64,000 nt of DNA from Felis catus (Eukaryota): assembly GCF_018350175.1 (NCBI RefSeq), contig NC_058368.1:43154001-43218000 (forward strand). Direction: 5' to 3'. The notes beneath the pieces are model-generated. The model saw nothing but the letters and a program-made list of their open reading frames with translations. It was not told the DNA's origin and made no database searches. This document shows positions 53,886 through 64,000 of this stretch, piece by piece. The position numbers and the translations under genes are program-made. How positions within the stretch are numbered: position 1 is the stretch's first letter; every line of letters begins with the position of its first letter.

Positions 53886-54911
53886 AAAAAAAACACTAAA
53901 GGAAATTCTCAGGCCAAAATTAAATACAGGTAAATGTATATATTTCTCATTTATTCTCTTAACTAATTTGAAAAGCAACTGTGTAAAATAATATGTATGC
54001 CAATGCATTATTGGGCCTATAACAAAGAGAAATAAAATATATTTGACAATAGGGTCGGTAAATAAGGAAATTAACATAGAAAAACCTATAAATATATGTC
54101 TATTCTCCTTCCTCCATCCCTCAGGTTCTTCATAATATAAAATTTTAAAATGTGATAATTACAACACTGTATTGTGATTGTGAGATGTATATATATATAT
54201 ATATATATGTATAAAAATACATATATATATGTATGTATATCATAATGTGTAACAAAATTTTCACAAAAAGGGAAAAGAGGGAATAGAGGTAGATAGAGTA
54301 ACAATTCTATATTTATCTGGAAATGAGGTAGTATAAACCTGAAATTAAATCTGATAATCTATGATTTATGTTAAGACCTAGAACAGCTAACAAAATAACT
54401 CAAATAATATAGTGAAAAAAATTAAAGGAATTTAAGTATGACCTAAAAAATATTCACTTAATGCAAAAACAAAACAAAACAAAACAAAAACCTAATAATG
54501 AAATCAGTTAAAGAGAAATGTAGGCCAAAAGGCATTTTACTTTAAAAACTTAAAGGAAAACATCAAACTTAAATCCAAATATATCAATGATAACATTTAA
54601 TGTGAACAGAAAAAAACAATACAAAGATATGATAAAACTAGTCAGATTGAATAACAAAGAAGATGCAACAATGTATTATCTATAGAAAACATTGTAGATT
54701 GAAAATACAAATAAGTTGAAAGTAAAAGGATGAAAAAAAGATCACATGAAGGGGAACTATAAGAAAGCTGGAGTGGCTATACAAACATCTGAAATTTAAA
54801 ACTTAAAAAAATTTTATTAGAAACAGACATTTTATAATGATAAATGGGTTAATTCATCAGGAAGACTTAAAAACCACAAACAACATATGCATTAAAAAAA
54901 AAAAAAGATCC

Positions 54912-57030
54912 TGTTGACTTATGGAAAAGATGGCAGAGAAAGAGGATCCTTGGCTCACCTTCTTCCACGGATATACCTAGATAACACCCACATCCGTGTA
55001 AATAACCCCAGAAATGACCCAAAGTCTGGCAGACCAGATTCTCCACAGATAAATGTAGGGGAAAGGCCACATCAAAGGGCAAAGATTGGGAACAAAACTA
55101 ACCCACATGACTGTCCTCAGGAGAGAGAGGTTTCGTGGACACAGAAAAAGGAGAGGAACAGACCCCATATCAGGCACCCTGGGCACTGGGGACCAGCACT
55201 GGGAAGAAAAATCCTTATAACATTTGTCTTTGAAAGCCAGAAGGGTCTGTCATTGTGGGTTCTTGAACTCGGTGGGGCTTGACACCTAGAACTTCAAAGA
55301 TCAGCCAGAGCCACTTTGGTAGATCCTAAGGGCAAGGGGAAAATGAGTCCCTGCCCTTAAAGAGACAGCACAAAAGGCAGCCATGCTAGATGCAGCATGA
55401 AGGCAGCAGTTTGGAGGGTGCCTGCAGTGTTCTGGAGGGAGATTTGTTTGCTAGTCGCAGAGCATCTGCTGGGGAAGTGAGAGTCTTTGGGAAAATTCTG
55501 AAGGAACGGGGGAGCTGGTGGGCATCATTTCCCCTCTCTGCCCCCCACCCTACATACGCAGACACCTGAGGGAGCCAGCAAAGCACAAACATTCTCCATC
55601 TAGCTTGCTAACAGCAGACCAACCCCCTGGCTATTCTATGGACCCACCCCCTCCAGCCAGACTAGGAGCCCATGCAAAGCAGCAAGAATAAGCCGATAAT
55701 TATATGGTCAATTAATCATTGACAAAGGAGGAAAGAATATACAATGGGAAAAATACAGTCTCTTCAATGAACGATGTTGGGAAAACTGAAAAGCTACATA
55801 CAAAAGAATGAAATGGGACCACTTTCCTACACCATATACAAAACTAAACTTGAATTAAAGGCCTAACAATGAGACCTAAAACCATAAAATCCTAGAAGAG
55901 AGCATAGGCAGTAATTTCTCTGACATCAGGCGTAGCAACAGTTTTCCAGATATTTGTCCTAAGGCAAGGGAAACAAAAGCAAAAATTACCTATCAGGACT
56001 ACATCAAAATAAAGCTTTTTTCCACACCAAAGGAAACAATCAACAAAACTAAAAGATAACCTACTGAATGGGAGAAGGGGAGAAGCTTTTTGCAAATTAC
56101 ATATCCCATAAAAGGTTAGTATCGAAATATACAAACAACTTATACAACGAAATACCAACACCCCAAATAATCCAATTAAAATGGGCAGAAATCACCAACA
56201 GACATTTCTCCAAAGTAGATAGATACATGAAAAGATGCTCAACATTACTAAGCATCAGAAAAATGCAAATCAAAATCACAATGAGATATCATCTCACAGA
56301 TGTCAGAACGACAAAATAAAAGACACGAGAAACAACAAGTGTTGGCAAGGATGTGGAGAAAAAGAAATCCTCATGTACTGTTGGTGGGAATGCAAATTGG
56401 TGTAGCCACTGTGGAAGAGAGTACAGAGGTTCCTCAAAAAACTAAAAAATAGAATTACCACATGATCCAGTAATTCCACTACTGGGTATTTACCAAAAGA
56501 ATATGAACACTAATTCAAAAAAATATATATGCACCCTAATGTTTATTGTAGCATTATTTACAATAGCTAAAATATGGAAGCAACCCAAGTATCTATCAAT
56601 AGATGAATGGATAAAGATGTGAAATATACATATAATGGAATATTCTTCTGCCATAAAAAGAATGAATTCTTTGCCATTTGCAACAACACGGATGGATCTA
56701 GTGAGTATAATGCTAAATTAAATAAGTCAGTCAGAGTAAGACAAATACTAAATGAATTCACTCATTTGTGAGATTTAAGAAACAAAAGAAAGGATCCTCC
56801 CCCCAAAAAAGCAACAAGCAAACAAAAAACAGACTGAATATATAGAAACTGATGGTTACCAAAGGGGAGGCAGGTGGGATTATGGATGAAATAGCTGACA
56901 GTGACTAAGAATACATTTATAATGATGAGCACTGAGTAATGTATAGAATTGTTCAATCACTATATTGTACACCTGAAACTAACAACACTGTATGTAATTA
57001 TAGTGGAATTGATATTTAAAAAATAAAATA
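54912..57030 (+). mobile_element. Carnivore L1 with 5' UTR fused directly to the ORF2 C-terminus, 3' UTR and A tail
   Basis: aagatggcagag start; 5' UTR to ~55680; then attatatggtcaattaatc...; 3' UTR gaattgttcaatcactatattgtacacctgaaact; A tail. Confidence 0.88.
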
Positions 57031-59279
57031 AAACAACAACAGTATCCAAAGACACATAATATAAAACTTGATAGAATTACGGGAAAAAATACTCAACTTA
57101 TCAGCAATAATGGATATTTCAAAGCCCTACATTTATGTTTTCCATATTCCACTAACAAATATATAGAGAATACTCTACTCAACCTCAGATACATTCTTAT
57201 CCAGAGTCCATGGAATATTTTCCAAAGTAGACTATATGCTAACCCATAAAATTGGCCTAATAAATTTAAAAGGATTATAATCATACAAATTATATTCTGA
57301 AACCAGATATATTAGAATTCAATTATAGAAAGAAGTTTAGGATTGGTGATTAATGGAAATGTAGCAGGAAAAAATTATGTCTGTGAATTCCTATACTTAA
57401 AAAAGAAATATTTCGTAAGTATACCCTTACCTTCCACCTTAAGAGCCTGAACAAGTAGAGCACAATAAACCTAAAACAGCAGATGGAATGAGATATTAAA
57501 GATGGTAGTGGAAATAAATTGAATATATAAAAATCAATAAAACCAAAGGATGTTTCCTTGTAAAGATCAGTTAAATTGATAAAACTACACTGATTAAGAA
57601 AACAATGGAGAAAATTCAAATTACCAAAATCTGTAATGAAAGAAAGGATATCACTACTGACCTTAGAAAAAGGAAAAGGATTATAAGACAATACTATGAA
57701 CAATGCAAGGCTAACAAATTAAATAATTTAAATGAAATGGACACAAGTACAGAAAGACAGAAACCCCTGGAAAGAACTCAAAAAGAAATAGAAGATCTGA
57801 AAGACCTATGAGATATAAAAAGATTGAATTAGTCATTTAAAACTTATCCACAAAGAACCCAGGACAAGGTTGCTTCACTGATGCATTTTATCAAACCTTT
57901 AAAGAATACCAATTGTTCACAAAATCTTCTAAAAAAAAAGAGAGAACAATTCCCAATTCATTCAAGAGGCCAATATTATCCTGATACCAGAACCAGAAAA
58001 AGATTTCTTAACATAAGAAAACTACAGATCAGTATCGATCATGAATACAGATGCAAAAATTCTTAAAAGAAATCCTAGCAAATTGAATATAGCAACATAT
58101 TTTATAAGTAAGATTATACATCATGACCAAGTAGCTTTTATCCTGATAATGTAAAGTTGGTTTAACATCAAAAGTCTGTTAGTATAATATACTAGATCAA
58201 TGGGATAAAGGACAAAAACTACATGCTCATGTAAATACGTACAGAAATTCATTTGACAATATTCAACATGAATTTATGATAAAAACCCTCAAAAAATTAG
58301 GAATAGAAGGGAACTTCCTCACCCTAATAAAGTACATCTACAAAAAAACAAAACACAAAAACAAAAAACAAACCCAGTAAATATTATACTTAGTAGTGAA
58401 AGATTGAATGCTTTCTCACTGAGATAAGAACAAGACAGGGAAGTCAGTTCTTGCCACTTCAACACTGAATGAGAGGTTCTAGTCTGAGACATTAGGCAAA
58501 ACAATGAAATAAAATCCATCTAGAGTGTAAAGGGAGAAACAAACCTTTATATGTAGATAACATGATTGTATATGCATATACATATATATGTATATATATA
58601 CACACACATACATATGTGCTTACATATATACATTATACATATATGTGTAAAATAGTAGGAAATCCACAAAAATATCAAGAACTAATAACTGAGTTCAATA
58701 AGGTTGCATGTTACAAGATCAATATACAAAAATTGATTGTATTTTTACACAATAGCAATGAACATTCCAAAAATGAAATTAAGGAAAAGCTTATATTTAC
58801 AATAACATGCAAAAGAGTTTACTAATAATAAATTTAAGCAAGGAAATTTATATATGGAAAACTACAAAACATTGTTGAAAGAAATTAAAGATCTACATAA
58901 TGGAAAGTCATTTCATACATATGAATCAGAAGACTTAATATTGTTAAAACTGAATCTATAGATTCAAGGCAATTTCTATCAAGATCTCAGCTGACAGCCT
59001 TCTACAAAATGACAATCAGATCCTCATACTCATATCTATAGTCATAGAACCAAGAATAATCAAAATAGTGTTGAAAAGAAGAATAAAGGTGCAGGACTCA
59101 CATTTTACGATTTCTAACATTACTAATCAAGACAGTATGATTTGGGCAGAAGAACAGACGGATTAATGGAATAGAATAGAATTTCCAGATGTAACCTCTC
59201 ATATCTACATTTAACTTATTGTTTGACAAGGATGACAACACATTTCCATGGGGGAAAGAATGGTTAATTCTAACTATTT

Positions 59280-59605
59280 TAAGAATAGCTAAATTTTTTG
59301 AGGAGATCCTTTCCTGTATGCTCTTTTGAATAACTACAGGGCTGCTCATTTTCACAGCTGCCATAATTATAAGGCTGTTGCTATTTAAGACTATTGTGGA
59401 TCTTGGCAGAAGCAGATGTGAATAGAGCAAGTTAAAAGGCCACAAATTGTTGTTCTTACCAATGTTCAGCAGTTTTTCTTGAATAAGCACTTCTCACATT
59501 ATCACAAGCCCTTGGTTAATTTCTAGACTCCTTAAATATATGTTTTTGAATATTTTTCTGGAATTGTATTGCTTTTGTGAATGGATTTCCTTACTTTGCC
59601 ATCAC
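59280..59605 (-). mobile_element. Ancient L1 5'-end fragment, inverted
   Basis: Reverse strand reads gatggcaaagtaagga...tctagaaattaaccaagggcttg...ttattcaagaaaaactgctgaac. Confidence 0.6.
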
Positions 59606-60500
59606 AAAAGTCTTTATAAGCCAATTTCTAAAAGCATATAAGTATATAAGAAGCATACAATTATAATACAGAAGTGTCATTTACAAAGTGCTATAGTGAC
59701 AGCCTTGATGTGTAAGTGAGGACTGTCATAACGCAGATGGATTCAGGGTCAAGGTCGAGGAATATGGTGATCTTGATAGCATTAGACTAAAGATTAAATA
59801 AAGATTATACAAAAGATGGTAAATACCTGAAAGTATATGTTTAAAGATTCTCCAGAAAGGAGAAGCTGCTGTAAAGCAGCTGAATATCAGAGTTGAGCCA
59901 GTTGAGTAGCTAGGAAAATTTTGGCAAAGTAATACCAATAGTCTAGTACCCAAATGTGTTTGTGGAATCTCAGGTTTGTTTCTTCCAGGTAGAGGGATGA
60001 AGAATAAAATAGTATTTCTTACACTTACTATTTCATCTAATACACAGTGAGCACATACTGTATGCTAGGCATTATGATAAGAGCTATATATTCAACAAAC
60101 ATGTCAGATCTTTTTGTTTTGAACTCTATTAGTATCTATCGGATATTTTCAATATCAATTGGATATTGGATAGTTAGATCTCAAATCTACTAAAAATCTT
60201 CTCAAAATTTGCTTCTTCTCCTGAATCTTTTAGCTACCAGCCATTCTGTTGGTACATTCACAAACCTCATTCACTCTCTGGCCTCACCTAATCAATCATG
60301 AAGTATATTTAAGTACTTTGCTCCAATATATTTCAAAATTGTCCATGTCTTCATCGTCTTTAGTTCAGGGCACTCAAGTGTCTGGTTTATCTGATGCATT
60401 AAATACAGTCTTGCCTATGCCAATTCCAACATACTATCACAATCAGAGTGGTATAATAGAAATCCAATATAATAATGTCAAACTTTGAATCTGTTCTGAT

Positions 60501-60720
60501 CAAGGTTTCTCAAAAGCAGCTTTACTGACATTTAGGAGTGGATCATCATTCGTGTGAATCCTATCCTTTGTTAGATGTTTAGCAGTATCATTGGTTTCTA
60601 TCTGCTCAATATCAAATCAGTAGCATAGTCATTTCCACAGTCTTGAGAAACAAAAATGTCTCTAGATACTGCCAAATGTTCCCTGCTGAATGCCTAATTG
60701 CTCCTCATTAAGAATCACTC
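60501..60720 (-). mobile_element. MER20-like hAT-Charlie element
   Basis: gatgtttagcagtatc...caaaaatgtctctagatactgccaaatgttccctg matches the recalled MER20 reverse strand. Confidence 0.8.
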
Positions 60721-61173
60721 CTCCAGACAATCAGGAAAAGTTATTTCACATATCTGAATATGGCATATATGAATCTTCTTAATCAGGCAGTATTCACCAA
60801 TTAGAGAACTGACTACCTTTCCGTTCTCATTTATTACAGGATTACTTGTCTGATTTAATGTCTTTGAGGAGAGGGACAACTGGATGTCTTGCTTATCATA
60901 ACGTTCCAAACATATAACTTGTGTAGAAATAATCCCAAGTCAATCTAGTACTGGTTCCCTAGCAATACAATCAATTTCAGTCCCTGCCCATTGGGATGAA
61001 CCTTGTAATGATTCTCTGCCCTATTAAGGAGATCCTCATGCACTGAAAAACTGATTGATACATGTAAAGAATTTTAACACAGAATACTGAGACTGATGTC
61101 AAAGACCCTTCCTATAGGTGAAGGCAGGTTTACCTAGATAATAGATTATACTGAATTAAAATTTTATATCATA

Positions 61174-61357
61174 GGGGCACCTGGGTGGTTCAGTCAAGTT
61201 AAATGTCTGCCTCCTGATATTTCAGCTGATCTCATGGTTCGTGAGTACGAGCCCCACCTCAGGCTCTGTGCTGACAGCATGGAGCCTGCTTAGGATTCTC
61301 TCTCTCTGCCCCTCCCCCGCTCACTATCTCTGTCTCTCAAAATAAATAAACATTAAA
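61174..61357 (+). mobile_element. SINEC
   Basis: Head, body, tail; TSD core tatatcata. Confidence 0.93.
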
Positions 61358-61704
61358 AAAATGTATATCATAAATTAACATTGAGACCTATAAATATCAG
61401 GTAAATTATTCTTTGTCCCTCATATTATTATTGGACTATTTGAAGACCTGTTTATTTGAATAGTAACCTGTACTATTTCAACTAAGTCAAAAAGGTTTTG
61501 AGACAATAGAGAAATAATAATTGGTAACTTCTCAATAAAGGAAAATACCTCTGCACAGCTTAAGAGGCCTCCCAAATTATATTGCATTATAGTGCAATCT
61601 GGTAAACCATGGTTTATTCATCAGGAAAGATAAAATAATTTCAAAGTATACTCTGTTTAAAGTAGATAATATTATTTTGAACATTTTGTTTAAAATACTC
61701 AACA

Positions 61705-61904
61705 GGGGCACCAGGTGGCTCAGTCAGTTAAGCCTCCAACTTCAGCTCGGGTCATGATCTCTCAGTTCCTGAATTTGAGCCCCACATTGGGCTCTCTGCT
61801 GTCAGAGGAGATCTTGCTTTGGATCCTCTGTCCTCTCTCTCTGCTCCTCCCCAGCTCATGCTATCTCTCTCTCTCGAAAATGAATAAACATTTAAAATAA
61901 TTAA
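61705..61904 (+). mobile_element. SINEC
   Basis: TSD taaaatactcaaca / taaaatattcaaca. Confidence 0.93.
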
Positions 61905-62789
61905 TAAAATATTCAACAAACATTGCTAAAATAAAAAAAAAATGTTTTGGCCCTTTTCAGGACTTTGGACATCAACTTTCAGGGAAACAGCTTCCTTAGA
62001 GATTGTAAGATTTTCTTTGAACAAGGGTAAAAAAACAAAATTTCATTTACTCTGTGGTTAAAATGAACAACTGTGATAGTCGATTTTTGGAAATATAAAT
62101 TATTTAAGTTATAAATTGTGAAAAGAAATAAAGCTTTATATCTCATAATATAATAGCTTAGAGCAAGTTAATATATTGTATACATCTACATCTTAAACTA
62201 GTAAATATATGTTAAAAATTATAATTTATCCATCGTGTAAAATAAGGTCTAGTTTTCCACAAGTAAATTTACAATACCAGTAGTGATATGAACGCTTGAT
62301 TTTAGAAGACGGTACTGACAACACAGCAAAGTCCTTGCCGAGGCTAATTTATGGATACAAGGTAGGAGGTGTTAAACTATAAAGCATTTGGAGACTCACG
62401 ATGCCATGGCAACTCATTTTTTGAAAAATTCACAATAGACCTAATAAAATACTATCTTCACAAGGAATTCAGTTGTCTGAAAATTAAGAGATCTTTAATT
62501 TTAACACTTCTTAACTTTCCCATTGGACCCTGCTAATTTTTGCTTTTTTGTGTGTGTGAATAATTTCCTAACACCATAAAATAAGAAATGGTAATAATGG
62601 CAATAAAATATCAATGCTAGATTTTTTTCAGTCATACCAAACAGTGCTATTTTAATATTTTAGAAATTATGTGTGATGTATTATATATTTTAGTTTTGCA
62701 TAGCAGGAGCTTAAAATATTTCTCAAATTATAAAAGATTAAGTAAATTATTTAATTAATGAACAAATACCACTTACCAAAAATCAAATT

Positions 62790-63060
62790 AGGGGGGGCAC
62801 TATACTACACTGCTAATACCTGACATTTGTTGACTAATTTTCCTTAGCAGCTGGTGAGTGCTTTATATTAATTATCATACCCAGTCCTCAGAGCAACACT
62901 CTAAAGTGGGTTTAATTGACCTCATTTTTGTTCTGATTAAAAAACTGAAAACAGAACCCAAAAAGACTAAATCATTCTCCACTATTACACAACCTATAAG
63001 AAATAAATTAGGGTGCAAATTCTATCTTTCCTTTTTCATGACTACTACATCCCAGCCTTT
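62790..63060 (-). mobile_element. MIR
   Basis: gtgctttatattaattatcatacccagtcctcagagcaacactct...aaaaactgaaacaga. Confidence 0.6.
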
Positions 63061-63145
63061 TCTGCTATAATACATTGCTTCTGAGTAAATGAAAAAAAAA
63101 ATGAATCAATCAGCATTCCTTTTTAAAAGTTTATTTATTTATTTG

Positions 63146-63357
63146 AATCTTTTTAATGTTTATTTATTTTTGAGAGAGACACAGAGCGCAATCAGAGGAA
63201 GGGCAGCGAGAGAGGGAGACACAGAATCTGAAGCAGGTTCCAGGCTCTGTCTGAGCTGTCAGCACAGAGCCTGATGCGGTGCTTGAACTCATGAACCATG
63301 AGATCACAACCTGAACTGAAGTCAGATGCTTAACTGACTGAGCCACCCAGGTGCCCC
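63146..63357 (-). mobile_element. SINEC nested in the tail of another SINEC
   Basis: Complete reverse-complement SINE flanked by tttatttatttatttg / tttgtttatttattttg. Confidence 0.93.
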
Positions 63358-63373
63358 TTTGTTTATTTATTTT

Positions 63374-63425
<52 letters not shown>

Positions 63426-63556
63426 GGGAGAACACAAGCAGATCCTGTGCTGTTAGCAAGGAGGCCCACTTTACTCAAACTCAGGAACCTTGAGATCACG
63501 ACCTGAGCTGAAATCAAGAGTCAGACACTTAACCAACTGAGCCACTCAGGTGCCCC
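63358..63556 (-). mobile_element. SINEC (outer host; tail extends to ~63121)
   Basis: (GA)n and reverse-complement head gagccactcaggtgcccc. Confidence 0.93.
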
Positions 63557-63635
63557 AACCTTCTTCACTTTACCATGGAATCTAGAACACCTTTATTTTG
63601 TATGAGTTAATTACTCAACCTCTTATTTTAGTTAG

Positions 63636-63783
63636 TGTGGTATGTAGAATAATGCCCCTCCCCTCCAAAGATGTCTGTCTTAATTCTTAGAGTCTGTGAA
63701 TATGATCTGTTATGTTGAAAGGAGAATTATTGCAGATGGAGTTAAGATTACTAATCACCTGCATTTAAAATAGGGAGATTATG
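63636..63783 (+). mobile_element. MaLR LTR 5' part (MLT1D/E-like)
   Basis: tgtggtatgtagaataatgccc...ccaaagatgtc...tgtgaatatg...aaaatagggagattat. Confidence 0.75.
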
Positions 63784-64000
63784 TGGTGCCTGGGTGACTC
63801 AATTCGTTAAGTGTCTGACTTCGGCTCAGGTCATGATCTCCCAGTCCACGGGTTTGAGCCCTGGGTCAGGCTCTGTGCTGATAGCTCAGGGCCTAGAGCC
63901 TGTTTTGGATTCTGTGTGTCTCCCTCTCTCTCTGTTCCTCCTTCGCTCATAGTCTGTCTGTCTCTCTCTCTCAAAAATAAATAAATATTTTTTAAAAATT
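63784..64000 (+). mobile_element. SINEC inserted in the MLT1 LTR
   Basis: ggtgcctgggtgactcaattcgttaag head, (CT)n, tail at the window end. Confidence 0.93.

Larger units (their letters stand above)
52700..59270 (+). mobile_element. Ancient L1 (ORF1, spacer, ORF2) hosting a young SINE and a carnivore L1
   Basis: ORF1 motifs at 52780-53920; EN motifs at 54560-54890 resume at ~57035; RT region (gtagataacatgattg ~58555). Confidence 0.8.

Noticed and set aside
1..64000. Inferring host-gene direction from TE strand bias
   Set aside because: L1s are mostly plus and LTR elements mostly minus, so the signals conflict, and no exon anchors a gene.
1..64000. CRISPR array, operon or other novel multi-gene system
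   Set aside because: No regularly spaced repeat-spacer array and no intact genes. The recurring repeats are dispersed SINEs.

Overview
AT-rich mammalian genomic DNA from a felid (cat-family) genome, judged from about 25 carnivore tRNA-derived SINEs that include young felid-type SINEC_Fc copies. I recognise no host protein-coding exon, RNA gene or CpG island. The supplied ORFs are chance ORFs or decayed retroelement frames. Most of the window is layered transposable-element debris: ancient and carnivore L1s, a young 3'-truncated felid L1, a two-LTR MaLR with its TSD, a decayed ERVL gag-pol provirus, MIR/L2, hAT and Tigger relics, and microsatellites. I see no evidence of a new multi-gene biological system. 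The most interesting signals are retrotransposition and rearrangement events: a young SINE carrying a 3'-transduced source tag, a SINE composite with an inverted body inside one TSD, three L1s that keep their 5' ends but lack other parts, a 65-bp duplication bracketing 1.2 kb of foreign DNA, and a perfect 15-bp hairpin. Repeat family names come from recalled consensus sequences, not a database search. Boundaries of old elements are approximate.
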